Shown in pieces: positions 37,601 to 50,638 of a stretch of DNA of 64,000 nt. Every line of letters begins with the position of its first letter. The stretch's first letter is position 1. This stretch comes from Felis catus (lineage: Eukaryota): positions 192,698,001 through 192,762,000 of the forward strand of contig NC_058368.1 of the NCBI RefSeq assembly GCF_018350175.1, given 5' to 3'. The notes beneath the pieces were generated by a model. The model was not told the origin of the DNA. It ran no database searches and saw only the letters and a program-made list of their open reading frames with translations. A program made the position numbers and the translations under genes.

Positions 37601-37825
37601 TTTTTTTTTTTTAATTTTTTTTTCAACGTTTATTTATTTTTGGGACAGAGAGAGACAGAGCATGAAGGGGGAGGGGCAGAGAGAGCGGGAGACACAGAAT
37701 CGGAAACAGGCTCCAGGCTCTGAGCCATCAGCCCAGAGCCCGACGCGGGACTCGAACTCCCGGACCGCGAGATCGTGACCTGGCTGAAGTCGGACGCTTA
37801 ACCGACTGCGCCACCCAGGCGCCCC
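37601..37825 (-). mobile_element. Young SINEC_Fc-like element
   Basis: CpG-rich; 16-bp TSD TACTTTTTGTGATTCT at 37585-37600 and 37826-37841. Confidence 0.95.
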
Positions 37826-37869
37826 TACTTTTTGTGATTCTAAATGTGATACACTTGTTGTAAAAACCC

Positions 37870-38056
37870 TTTTATTTTATTTTTTTTGAGAGTGTGCATG
37901 CGCATGTATGCAAGTTGGGGAGGAGCAGAGAGAGTGGAAGAGAGAGAATCCCAAGCAGCCTCTGAGCTGTCAGCGTGGAGTCTGACTCAGTCTCACAAGT
38001 GAGATCACGACCTGAGCTAAGATCAAGGGTCAGACACTTAACCGACTGAGCCACCT
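37870..38056 (-). mobile_element. Older Can-SINE, 5' end clipped
   Basis: Reverse SINE body ending ACCGACTGAGCCACC. Confidence 0.85.
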
Positions 38057-39256
38057 CTCTGAACCATCATGGAGGAAAGGAACATCTGAATGACAAGCCA
38101 GTCTTGTCCCATCCACCAGCAATGGCCACTCAACAGCTTGGTGTACTTCTCATCCAGTCTCTAAAGTTTTTGAGCTTTTTTATTTTTCCTGAAACCTGTT
38201 TTTTTCTTTTGTTTTTGTTTTTTTTCACTGAACAGTACACATAGAAGTCAACAACCAGGCTCTCTGACTCTGTAGCTCATGCCCTGTCTCTGACACCAGG
38301 CTGTGTGCCTTCAGAAGAAAGGACCAGAACCGGGAAACAAAATTTTCAGAGTTGCAGTTCAGCTCAACATAAAGAAAGAATGTTCTAACAGTGAGAGCTT
38401 CCCAGGAAGGGATGGCTCATCAGTGAGTTGTCCACCACGAGAAGAATTTGATGAGATGCTGAACTTATACAAACCAGAGAAAAGACTCAAATGTTGGAGA
38501 AAGAATACATGGCCTTGAAGGCCCCGCCAAGCACTAGGATTGTGTGATTCTACGGTTACAAGATGATATGCCTGTCCATACAGCCAGCTCTAAAATGGTG
38601 AAAATCCAGTTCTGAGGACCTAAGCCTTTAATGTGAGGACTCCTGATAGGCACTTAGTAATTTGCATAGAGAACATGCTTTTCTTTTCACGAGGGCTAGC
38701 CTATTTCATCTACTCCTGTAATTTTCTCCTTGCCCCAGCTGTGAGCAAATTTTACTTCTCAATGTTGTATTTGCTTTATTTGTCAAGGGCCAGAAAGCAC
38801 ATGGAATGCTGCCTCCCAGGGAACTCACAACGTGGGTCTGTGTGAGGCAATGCAGCCTGGGAGTTTTGTGCGTTCTGAACATACACCGGTGCCACACAGA
38901 AGATTTTTCCAGTCCTCTGGTTGTCCATGAGTCACTCTATGCCCATGTAGTCTGATTTGTTAACTCGTGCTCAAACACACACACCCCTCCGATGCCCACT
39001 GCCAAGGCCCCCTGGGGAGGCATCTTGTTCCCATGCAGGGCCCAGGTGGCTGTCTGAGAGGCAGAGCCATAGCTGAATGGCATGACCCAGAAACCAGGTG
39101 GTAAAATCCAGGTGTGCCAGCAATGCCCCCTGCCTCCTCAGCACCTTCTCTATTCGGTTCTGTCACAGTGCCTGGCTATCCCCCCTTTGCCACCCCATTC
39201 CTGTGGGTTACCACATCTTCCCTCTTGGGAGTGGGGCATTTAAAAATTAGAGAAGT

Positions 39257-39660
39257 TTTTTTTTTTGGTGATTTATATACACAATGGAATACTACGTGGC
39301 AATGAGAAAGAACGAAATATGGCCTTTTGTAGCAACGTGGATGGAACTGGAGAGTGCTATGCTAAGTGAAATAAGTCATACAGAGAAGGACAGATTCTGT
39401 ATGTTTTCACTCCTATGTGGATCCTGAGAAACTTAACAGAAGACCATGGGGGAGGGGAAGGAAAAAAAATGGTTAGAGAGGGAGGGAGCCAAAACACAAG
39501 AGACTCCTAAAAACTGGGAACAAACTGAGGGTTTATGGGGGGTGGGAGGGAGGGGTGGGTGGGTGATGGGTATTGAGGAGGGCACCTGTTAGGATGAGCA
39601 CTGGGTGTTGTATGGAAACCAATTTGACAATAAATTTCATATTAAAAAAATAATAAAAAT
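39257..39660 (+). mobile_element. 5'-truncated young L1_Fc-like 3' end (~400 bp)
   Basis: Very similar to the reverse complement of ~12840-13225; 15-bp TSD AAAAATTAGAGAAGT at 39242-39256 and 39661-39675. Confidence 0.92.
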
Positions 39661-40465
39661 AAAAATTAGAGAAGTAAAATGTGCTCATTTTGAAAATCAC
39701 TGAAAATCAGATATGCAAAAATCAATGAAAACCACTGTCAGAGTGGCCTCTTTTAATACTTTGTGGTCTGTTGCGGCTTTTCTGTCCCTTTAGTAGAACA
39801 TTCCCATGATCCGGATGGTCATCCTTCCATATCTCTTATTGCACAGTTCAGTGCGAAGTGACATTTAACTGAGCCTCATGTTGGATAGGGACAGTGCAAG
39901 GTGTTCACAAACCAAGAGAACCGAACTCAGGCCCCTGGTCTGCTGAGGAAGGTATTTCTGCTGTAAGAATGACACGAACAGCTGCCACATAGTGAGAGTG
40001 ATTCTGTGCCAGACACGGTGCTCAGCATCCTACCAGCGTCATCTCATTTAATGCTCACAAGGATCCTTGACATGGGATGCCCTCTCCATCTCAGGGATGA
40101 GAAAACTGAGGCTTGGAGAGCTGGATGGTCCTCTATCCTGCCGGTAAGGAGCAGAGCAGGAACCTGACCTAGGGGTAAGGGGTGGTCTGACTCCAGACTT
40201 TGCACACCTTTATCAGGGGAAGCATGAGCAATGATTAATGGCAGTTCGTTAGGAACACATTTACTCTGGGGAGGAGACCAAGGGGAGCAGGGTCTCCCAA
40301 GCAGAGTTTCCCTGGAATCATCAGGGTGGCAATGTGGGGAAGGACATTCAGGTGGAGAGAGCGACCCAAGGAAATGGAAACACAGCCCCGAAGCAGTTGA
40401 GTATCCAGGGAACTAGACAGAGCTCATGTCTTCTCACCATGATAAATCTTTAATAAACAATGAAG

Positions 40466-40548
40466 AAGTAATTCACGATTTCTTCTAATTAAAAGTAATT
40501 CATGATTTCTTCTGAATTAAAAGGTAATTCATAATTTCTTCTAATTAA
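40466..40548 (+). repeat. Three-copy 27-28 bp AT-rich minisatellite
   Basis: AAGTAATTCAYRATTTCTTCTAATTAA units starting at 40466, 40493 and 40521. Confidence 0.9.
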
Positions 40549-40739
40549 AATACACTTAAGAATGTATGGGCATCCAACAGAGGCTTTGCTAAGAAACAAA
40601 AATTCAGCCTACAAAGGATTAAGACACAAATCCTCCCCACCCTGTCTAGAAAGGGAACATGCTAAATCTCTAAAACCTTGCAGGAAATGAAGTAAACAAA
40701 CTACCTCCTTTCCTTCAGGACAGTATTATTTTTTAATTA

Positions 40740-41285
40740 AATGAGAAATAATACACATATTCTCCTTGTTAAAACAAAAAATCCTACAAATTAAAGAGAT
40801 CTTTGGTCTTGGCTTACTCCATGGGGCTTACTCAGTAAATCACCACTGTTAGGAATTAGGAGTATATGTGTCCGTGCCTTTTTCTATGTGTTTGTACACA
40901 CGAAGACATATGTATCAAAAGCATCATCGTTTGGTGTGTGTGTTTACATAAATGGTTCTACAGCTTGTTTTTTACTTTATAATACATCTTAGAACTCTGT
41001 CCGTGTCATTTAGATCCAGTCCCTTTTAATGGCTGCATCATATTCCATATCAGGGATATGTCCCATTGATATATGCCCCATTGATAGGCACTTAGATCAT
41101 TTCTAATTCAGCAGGATTATAAACAGTGCTGTGGTGAGCAACCTTGTATGTGCCTCACCACATGCATGGTAATTATTTCTCTAGGACAGACACCAAGAAA
41201 TGGAGCTCTTAGATTTTACAATATGCACATTACAATTTTCTGATCCTCCCAAGTTGCCCTCCAAAGTAGAATTCCCACCCCGGCA
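40740..41285 (-). mobile_element. Ancient L1ME-like fragment
   Basis: Degenerate antisense L1 3' region (TTTTAATGGCTGCATCATATTCCAT...ATTATAAACAGTGCTGTGGTGAGCA). Confidence 0.55.
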
Positions 41286-41590
41286 GTTTCTGTTTAGAAT
41301 GGTGAGAATCTCAGGAAGGAAGGTGGCTGGAATGAGAAGAGTGATATTTTAAATGGCATATTTGATATCATAATAAAATAGTTATTTCAAAAAATAGCTG
41401 TTTTCATATTGTAAACTAGATAAAGTAGAGCTGGACAAAATCTTGGCTCGGGGGGTTACACAAAAGGAAGACTCTCAAAGAGGAGGCCAGGCCCTGCTCT
41501 TCAAGAATCTCTGGTGAGGGGTGGATACAGGATAGGATGGGCATGTTTCCTACATGGAAGTAAATGTCTGAAAACAACAACAAAACCTCA

Positions 41591-41835
41591 GGGGCGCCTG
41601 GGTGGTTCAGTGGCTTAAGTGGTTAAGCGTCAACTTCAGCTCAGGTCATAATCTCGTGGTTTGTGAGTTTGAGCCCCGTGTGGGGCTCTGTACTGACAGC
41701 TCGGAACCTGGAGCCTGCTTCAGATGCTGTGTCTCCTTCTCTCTCTGCCCCTCCTCCACTTGTGCTCTGTCTCTCTCTGTCTATCAAAAATAAATAAATC
41801 TAAAAAAAAAAAAAAATTAAAAAAACAAAACAAAA
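41591..41835 (+). mobile_element. Can-SINE
   Basis: GGGGCGCCTGGGTGG head, (CT)n, long A-rich tail. Confidence 0.9.
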
Positions 41836-42695
41836 CCCAGAGCCCTGTTAGGATTCGGAATAGGGACTGGGAAGAAGGGGATGGGGTAGGCATACTAGGC
41901 TCTCCTCCCCTAGGCCTGCTCTTGGTCTCCAGCCCACCTGTTTTAGGAGACAAATCTGGTCACCATCAAAACCACAGCATGGAGCATAAATTTGCTGGGG
42001 CCAAAGGCAGGGCTGCTGCTCTGACCTCACAAATCGCTCCTAGGGTCAAACACTCTGGCCCAGCCAGTGTGAGTGAAGAAGGTTTGCCCAGCCTGGAGGG
42101 CCCAGAATTTCAGGGGCCAGATGCAGCTCCTTGGTAAAAGCTGCCTCTGTGGACGAGGGTGGTTAGAAAGGTGCTTTTACTGTGGCTTTTAATGCGTTAA
42201 TGGTATATGAAGGAGGAGACAACCCTTCAGAATGGAGCCCCGCTCTGCTCCCAAGTGTGCACCAATTAAGATGATTACTGGTTTCCTTACAACACAAATA
42301 CTAATGGCCTGTCACACTCTGGCATATTTTTCTTGGTAACCTTCAACTTGGAATGATTAATATGGCTCCTGTGGCAAGGCTCATATGCACAAAGGCGGAA
42401 AACGGGGGTGGGGGGTGCCCAGCTCTGACAACTGCACATCCAATGAGGCAGACGTCTGTGAAAACAAGTTCTGGAGGACCTTGGTTGTGGTGGTGGGGCA
42501 TGGCCACGATCAGTGGGGGAGAATGTCCCGGATATGCTCTGCGGAGCTAGAATTAGGGCTAGCTATGTGACGCTACAAAGGTTCCCTTTCCCTCTCTGGG
42601 CCTCGGTTCCTCACCTCCTTGTTAAATGGGGTGGTAATCCCTTTCCTGCCTTCACGGCAGCATGTTTGTATAAGGGTGCTTAAAGATGCTGAGTC

Positions 42696-42917
42696 GGGGG
42701 GGGGGGGCACCTGGGTGGCTCAGACTGTTAAGCATCCGACTGGTGATTTTGGCTCAGGTCATGACATCACAGTTTGTGAGACCGAGTCCTGTGCTGGGCT
42801 CTATATTGACAACTCGGAGCCTGCTTGGGATTCTCTCTCTCTCTCTCTCTGCCCTGCCCCCACTCATGCACGTGCGCTCACTCTCTCTCTCAAAATAAAC
42901 AAACAAATAAACGTTAA
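42696..42917 (+). mobile_element. Can-SINE with 5' G run
   Basis: Flanked by near-TSD AAAGATGCWGAGT. Confidence 0.9.
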
Positions 42918-42999
42918 AAAGATGCAGAGTGGGAACATCATTCTCATTGTCACTAGTGAAAATGAAAGGGCAGGAGAGGCACACAAGACAGGAGAGGGT

Positions 43000-43215
43000 G
43001 TACAGCACAGCGGCTAAGAGCACGGCTCCAAAGTCTGGCCGACTGAGGTCAAACGCCTAGCTTTTCCACAGTAAATTTCTGTAAGCCTCAGTTTCCTCAT
43101 CTGAAAAATGGGGATAACATAGGCCCTCCTTTCTTAGGGTGCTGGAATGAAATGAGATGATGTATGCGGAGTGTTCGGCAAGCCCAGTGTCTGGGGACAG
43201 ACTGAGCATTGATAC
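43000..43215 (+). mobile_element. MIR (representative; other MIR cores at ~1760-1935, 4020-4215, 5780-5910, 26920-27130, 28330-28530, 31730-31900, 39990-40200, 45850-45990, 49200-49380, 52660-52850, 60790-60990)
   Basis: MIR core GCCTCAGTTTCCTCATCTGAAAAATGGGGATAA and its reverse complement. Confidence 0.75.
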
Positions 43216-44480
43216 TGTCGGCCACAGCTATTATTACTGTCAATGTTACACCGAGCCAGGAAGAATGGCATCAGCCTTGAAGCTCCCAGGGAAACCCTAC
43301 CTCCCCAATTCACGTTTTGTAGGCACAGTTCCCCCCATAAAGAACACTTCACATTCCATTTCTTTCACGTAATCGAGGCCAGAGAGGGCAACCCAGTTGC
43401 CCTCAACAGAATTCCTTCCCAGTGCTCCATGCGTTTTATTCAGCGAGAGAAATGCTAAAGACTGCTTCTATCTGGTCTTTTCAGAAATATGAACTGCTAG
43501 GTAGAGGCACCAACACCTCACAGACGCTTTGGGTCCAATATTCAGCAATTAATGAGGATGTAGTCAGGGGAGGCTCCCCTAACCATTCCTCCCCACTCCA
43601 TTCATCTTATGTAATTAAAGCACAGCGCAAACAGGGTCTCAAAGCCTTCTCTCTCAACTCAGTCATCACCCCTAAGTCCTCAGTTCACAGGGGGAGCAGA
43701 CCCTATGGGATGCCTCAAGGGTCCTAGGATGAAGAGCAGAACGGGGGCTGACATGCTTCCGGGGCCAGGCAGCTGACAGATGTGTATGAAATGAGCCAGA
43801 TGGAAACCCACAAACCCAACTGGGGCTGCGGGCCCAGAGATGATATCAGGAGGACCACAGTACCAGAGTTTTATGGGAATTCTCCCAACTTCCAACTACT
43901 GACAATTCAATCATATTTTAAAATTATTTTGAAGGCCTAGTAAGCAGGTCTGTGGGGCTGTATCCAGCACCTTGAAAGGAACATAAAACTCTTCAAAGCC
44001 AGAAATTTATGACCTAGAGCAAAGGAGGAGTAATTTACCAAATGGAGTTCTCTAAACCAAAGGAGTTTAATGGATCAGAAAAAAGACAATAAAAGCCACC
44101 TGTAATTCTACTACCCAAACCACCACTAAATTTCATGCTTTCAAGCATTTAAAAATATATATATGTTTACAGATGTTTTGCATGGTTCTATATTTAACAG
44201 GAATGGGCTCAGCTGTACCTACCAATTTGTCACCTTTCTTTCCCTGCACTCGTCTCTGCAATCATCTCTGCATACTGCCCTCTTCAGGCAGCTCTGCACA
44301 GCACACCCTCTTCCTCCTCAAAATGTGCTTAATGGGCAGTTTCTCTGGGATGCACTGAGCCAAAGTTTCTCAAGTTGAAGTCATGAACAGTACTTTAAAA
44401 GAAACAAACTACTGTCGGCGCCTCCATAAACACACCCAGGAATTTACTTGAGAAATATCAGCCAGATCAGCCAAGGTTTC

Positions 44481-44707
44481 TTTCTTTTTTTTTTTAATTA
44501 AAAAAATTTTTTTAAGTTTATTTATTTATTTATGAGAGAGACAGAGACAGCACAAGTGCGGGAGGGGCCGAAAGGGAGAGGGAGACACAGAATCCGAAGG
44601 AGGCTCCAGGCTCTGAGCTGTCAGCACAGAGCCTGACACGGGGCTCGAACTCACAAACCGTGAGATCATGACCTGAGCTGAAGTCTGACCAGCCACTCAG
44701 GTGCCCC
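44481..44707 (-). mobile_element. Can-SINE
   Basis: TSD AGATCAGCCAAGGTTTC at 44464-44480 and 44708-44724. Confidence 0.93.
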
Positions 44708-47700
44708 AGATCAGCCAAGGTTTCACTGACCTCCAAGTGTGAATTTTCACTGCAAAGAGCAGCATCTTTATAGTTGCTAAAATAATTTTTTAAAAGATTA
44801 AAAATCAAAATGAAAAGGCCAATTAAAAAACTCCCTAACTCTTGGATCCACTGAACCTCAGTGGAGAAACACTGGTGTAAGGCACAGCAATCGGTCCCTC
44901 AGGACCCAAGGTCCTTTAGAGCTGAGCCTGTGAAGCCTCTCTTTGGGAGCCCACCGCCTGACCTTTCTTCACTGCAAGCCCGAGAGCTTGGCAACCACAG
45001 AGGCCACTGTTTTTCACCCACACACACTGGGGCCCTGGACCGAAAGCCAGATTCTCCTCCCACCTTTGGAGGGTTGGCGGGAGGCTATACTTTAAATTAT
45101 TTTCCCCATCGGGCTCTTGGGCAAGACTGCTTTTGAAAAAAGTTTTCACTATTGAAAAAAGGAAAAAAAAAAAACCCAGAAAATCACAGAGGTAGGCCAT
45201 TCTCCTCATTCCACAGATGGTTAGATGATGCTCTGGAGAGAGGCAGGGCCTGTGACAGACGGGCATGAGGACACGGGTTTTTCAATGGGCAGACGCTCCC
45301 TCCGTCAGCCCCACGCTCGCTCCGCCTCAGATTCCTCCCCCAGGCCCTTTCTCCTCCCACACCAACGAGGCCTCCCAGCATTCCTGTCCACCCTGAAATA
45401 AGCATCAGCTCCTTCAGTTTTCAAGGGTTCCCTATGTATTTCCTCTCATGTGTAGGTGGGAAGACATAAAACTTGAGGGGTCATCTGTGCAACATGGGGG
45501 AGTCTCCAGTTGAACCTGGCAGCATCTCAGACGTGTGTAGCTGAAGGCCTCCGGCATATTCGAGGGAGGGGGATGGCCTAGGTGGCAGGTCTGTAAATGC
45601 AGACTTAATCTTCTTAAGCTGAAGCTGGAGACACCTTTGTGATGCCATAGAAAGAAGAAATGAATTCAACTTCAGGATCCATTCCCGTTCTAAACATTAG
45701 AACAGAGGTTCCAGGAAACGAAGGCTCCGAGTCTTGTGGCCAAACATCTGAGGGTGGCAGTAAGGTGCTAGGTCTGCAACCCAGAAAGATCTGTGGGGTG
45801 GGAGTGGTCCTTGGTATGGACCTGGGTTCCAGGGCTGAGTGAGTCTGGCCTCAGACTTGCTGTATGACCTTAAACCACTCATTTATTCTTCCTGGGCCTC
45901 AATTTCCTGATCCCTGAAATGTGGCTACTACCACATAGCTGAGTTCGCTGGGTTACAGTGAGAACAGAAATGAGGGATGGTGTCTGGAGTCAGGGTGACA
46001 TGTCTGTCACGAAACACCTGCATTTCAGTTGCCTCATCTGCCAAAGGACAGCAAACCAACTTATGCATGCTGGGAGGAGTAGAGAGGTATCAAAGAGTTA
46101 GGACACCAAAAGATCGATTCTTTCATACACAGTAGTGGCTATTGCCTCAAACACATCACTTTTAGCAAGTGCTCACAGAACCAGCAAGCTTTCAAGGCAT
46201 CTGCCTCCCCTCCCCGTGCCCTTGACCTTCAACTGCTCACTCTCCAGCAGCAGAGGCAAGTGCCAGGCCTGGAACCACACTGACCAAACAGTGAGCGTCC
46301 ACTTTGCAGGCGTGGCCCCCAAGCTGCACGACCCCAGGAGAGGGAGACCAGCCTGGGCTGGAGCATCAGAGAAGCCTTCTCAGAGGTGAAGGACCTGACC
46401 CATTTGGGCCTTGGAGGCTGACGAGGAATGTGAAGAGGAAGAGAAACAGAAGTACAAATGACTGTGGAGGGAAGCGTGTGAGGAAAGAGGGGGGTGCTGG
46501 GGGCTGAGAGTGGACAGGCAGGTCGGACTCTGTGCCCTGTGAGGGCAGACACCTGTCTCGGACCCTTCATCTGTATTGCTCCCTAGCCCTACGGAGCACT
46601 GGAGAGACCGTCTGCGCCCAACGCACCTTTAGGAGGATCCAACTCTATCACGCATGTCCTAATTTGGCACAATCTACTACCAGTACCGTAACTTGACCAT
46701 CCAGTCGGGGAGATGAGAAGTAGGCCAGCAACAACAATGCCTAACTTCTCAGGAGGACGTGGAGTACAGAAGTACAGATGACAGCACCCACGACTGGAGG
46801 CGTTCATACAGGGACAGGGTCACAGGGATACACCGGGGGTCCCGCACCACGCCCGTGCCGCGAGCTCCACGAGCCGTAATACCATCGTTTTTTTCTCCCA
46901 TCCAGGGCCCAGCAAATGTGTGACTGTCATTATGATAAGGAGATACTAGACACAAAGCTGTGTGTTTTCTCTGAGGGTGAGGCTGAGGGCACCCCATCCG
47001 TACTGGGTCACATGGAGACTTAGGAAACATAAATCACGGTAGGGAATGGAATCTGGCTTTCTGTGTGGCCACTAAGGGGCTGGGAGTGAGTCTGGACTTT
47101 GGCCAAAGGGAAATAGAGGAGGGCATGCCAGGTAGAGAAATCTCCCCTCCTCTGGTCCATGTGCAAGGACTACTCCCTGATGCTGTTCCTCCCTGCAACC
47201 TACGGAGGGGCCCCCCTATTCCCACTGAGAGCACCTGCCTGCCCACGAGGGAGCTTCCTGTGTGGTGGAAGCCTCTGCTGTAACTGCCTCTTGTTTCTGG
47301 CTCCTTCTCCCTTTTTACCCTCACCCTCACCGTCTTGGGCTTGCTCCTCCCAAGGAGTGTTAATGCCTTAATCATTGCTTAGGACCCATTTTTGAGAGGG
47401 CGGAGGCAAAGTAAGACAAAGAAGAACCATACGTTCGCTTGCACTTGTAGCATAAAATAAGTCATTCACGAGCACGGGGGCTTTAGGAGTTGTCAGTAAC
47501 AGAACAACCTGCGTGCAACACACCTTGTGACACATCCCGACCCACGGTGTCCCGACGCTATAGAAGAGAATGAGAGACGAGAATACATAGCACCGGGAGG
47601 GCTTGATTCAAGTCCTCCAAGGTGCTCTTGTATATCTGTTCATTAATGCAACAGGCATTTAATGATGTCGCTATGAGCCTGGAATGGTGTGGGGTGCCAG

Positions 47701-48171
47701 GGATGCAGGGGTAACTAAGACATGGTCCACAGCCTCAGGGAACTTACAGTTGAGTAGGAAAGTCCACATGGAAATGCTGGGGTGGGCGCTATGCATGAGC
47801 TGGGTTATTTTGGGAGGAGGGTGAAAGGAGGTTAAGGCTCCTCGCTATCTTGCCTGAGGACAAGACAACGGGGGTTAGAGATGGCTTCCCTGAGCGTGGT
47901 CCAGAAGGGTGAACAGGAGATTGTCCCACTCCTCTGGGTGAGGTGGAGAGGGCTTCCCCTGTAAGAACCTTTTGCCAGGGACCTGGTGAATGAATAAATC
48001 AAATGTGGTGGGATGATATTTAAATAAATCTCGGGGAGCAGCAGTGGTGGTATCATTGTTTTCTTTGCTCACAACCCCTGCCTCCCTCCCTCGACCACCA
48101 CCACCACTCTTAAAAAAACCCAAACAAAAACACCAAGGCCACAGAGATAAAAGCCATAACCAAAAGCAGAA

Positions 48172-48205
48172 AACAAACAAACAAACAAACAAACAAACAA
48201 ACAAA
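48172..48205 (+). repeat. (AAAC)n microsatellite
   Basis: Direct observation. Confidence 0.9.
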
Positions 48206-48424
48206 AAGTTCCTGGGAAAGCTGAGGCTCTGACATAAACAATACATTTGGAAGAACACCTCTTCCGTAAGCGTTGAGCCCTCATGGCCATCACCGTTACC
48301 CAGAGCTAAACAGGCCTGGGCTCAGGGAGTGATCAGACAGGAGAGGGGGAGGTCAGAGCTGGTGAGGGTCCCTGCATCCAAGTGTTGCTTTCAGATGACA
48401 GAGCTCGAGACAGAAAATCCCATT

Positions 48425-48476
48425 TAAAAATATATTTTAATGTTTATTAATTTATTTTGAGAGAGAGAGAGGGAGG

Positions 48477-48524
<48 letters not shown>

Positions 48525-48652
48525 CCCAAGCAGGCTCTGTACTGCCAGCTCAGAGCCCAACGCCGGGCTCAAACTCATGAACTGCGAGATCATGACCTGA
48601 GCTGAAATCAAGAGTCAGACGCTTTTAACCAACTCAGCCACCCAGGTGCCCG
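48425..48652 (-). mobile_element. Can-SINE with long (GA)n
   Basis: Reverse SINE; GA tract at ~48459-48522. Confidence 0.9.
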
Positions 48653-50049
48653 GGAAATCCCCCTGTTTTAAAACAAGTTTACATTTTGCCTACCTGAGTG
48701 AAATTTTTTATGTCCCGACGCAAGACTTTGGTGTGATCAAAGCTTTATTAAGCCCAAAAACGTAAATAAAATGTCCTAAGCAGCTCCTATGGGAGTTTGG
48801 TCCTCTGAAATCCAGCAAGAAAACACTAAATGGCAGCACAGCTGTCACTTGGTGGCTGTGTTCAGGCACTTGGCAGGGCTCAGGGCTCCCCATCACCTTA
48901 CTGCATTTGGTCAGCCCACATTCACATGCCTGCCAGTGTCTCTGCCACTCAACTCGAGCTTTCCCCAATCAACGCTAACCATTTACAAGGCTTCATAGCA
49001 TGAAGTGCCACTAGACAGGCTTCTGCATGAACAGATATGTAATTGGCGTAATTTGAAAAATGGCAGGTGACAGGGTCAGGTCCAAGGCCAATTCCCTTCT
49101 GCTGCCTGACTGATGGGCAAGGTCTCTGGGGGCAGGGACCAGAGAAATGGCAGAATGTAGTGGGGAGGACCTGGGACCCACTCATCTCAGGGGAGCTCCC
49201 AGCCCTACCACTCACTAGCTGCGTGATCTCTGCCAAGTCACTTCACCTCTCCAGCCTCAGGGTCTGCGTGTGCAAAATGTGGCTCATACAATCCCCACCT
49301 CACAGGCTGGCTGTGAATTACTACTGAGACATGAGTACAAACCACTTAGTACTGAGCCTGGCACACAGTAAGCACTCAGCTGAAGACCAGGAGCCCCAAA
49401 TTAGCAGGTGAACTTAATGTCCACCTGGGGAGGAGGGCTGGTCAGCACTCACAGAACTGTTCCCATCAGAGAGGGCTGTGTTGAATTCGCCGGACATCTG
49501 TGCCACAGACTGAGCCACATGGATGTGGTTAAAGTCATCTGCAAGCATGTTGTGAGAACCTGACTCATTTCTGTGACCTGAGACCAGCCAAGGCCTTTTG
49601 TGTTGCATGCACACTTGGGGAAGTCAGCCAATCAAGTAATATTCCTACAAATGTGTTCTCAGGTTCTGGTGTTTTGTCCCCTCCCCTTGAAGGATGTCCA
49701 GTCTCTCAGCTCTCAGTTCCTGCACAATGCTGGCAGAAACTCTCTCAACAAAAGCCTGGAAGCCAGCAGTAGTTACTTGGTAGACCAGACTGCAGTAAGC
49801 CGATGCTACTTGGCCCAGCTGGAGCAGAGAGAATAGATGAGTGAACATGTCCGAGAGCCCACGGCTAGCTCCTTCGGAGGAGCGCACTGAACTTGTTAGC
49901 AGGAGCTCTGATGTTGAGTTCTGAAAGCTACTGAGGTATTTGGTATTAAATTACAACATGAAAATAGCTGCTAATTATCATCCTCTGCCTAGTTAGGTAA
50001 AGAAAAACGTGTTTGCCAGGGAAGCAAAAATAAAAGAAGTCCATAAATC

Positions 50050-50264
50050 TTTCTTTTTTTTTTTTAATGCTTATTTATCTTAGAGAGAGCGACAGAGCAT
50101 GAGCAGGGACAGGCAGAGAGAAAGGGAGGGAGAGAGAATCCCAAGCAGGCTCTGCGCTGTCAGCATGGAGCCCAATGCGGGGCTCGACTCATGAACTGTG
50201 AGATCATGACCTGAGCTGCGATCAAGAGTTGGATGTTCAACTGACTGAGCCACCCAGGCGCTCC
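50050..50264 (-). mobile_element. Can-SINE
   Basis: Flanked by AAGAAGTCCA..ATCTT on both sides. Confidence 0.9.
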
Positions 50265-50469
50265 AAGAAGTCCACACATCTTAAAAACTAAAGGGAAAGG
50301 AGTTGTGACTACCACAGAAATGCGCAAATGCTACAAACCGGGGCTCCTCACCTTCACTCCATCTGGTTAACTTTTACCAGCACGCTCCTGGCTATTTCCT
50401 TTGGTTTTAGCTGTTACAAACAACACTACAGCAAACAGCCATCTCCACACACATAGAATTTTCTGTGAT

Positions 50470-50638
50470 GTTCTGTCTCCGTGCTGTCCTACGTGGTAGT
50501 CACTAGTCATGTGAGCCTATGGAACACGTGGAATGTGTCTTGTGTGAAGGAGAACCTGAATTTTTAACTTTACTGAATTTTAATCTAAACTCCAATAGCC
50601 ATATGTTGTGGGTGGCTGCTCCATTAGCACAGCTCTAG
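50470..50638. mobile_element. MER3/MER33-like hAT MITE
   Basis: GTGCTGTCC..TGGTAGTCACTAGTCATGTG ... AATAGCCATATG..GGTGGCTGCTCCATT..CACAGC. Confidence 0.65.
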
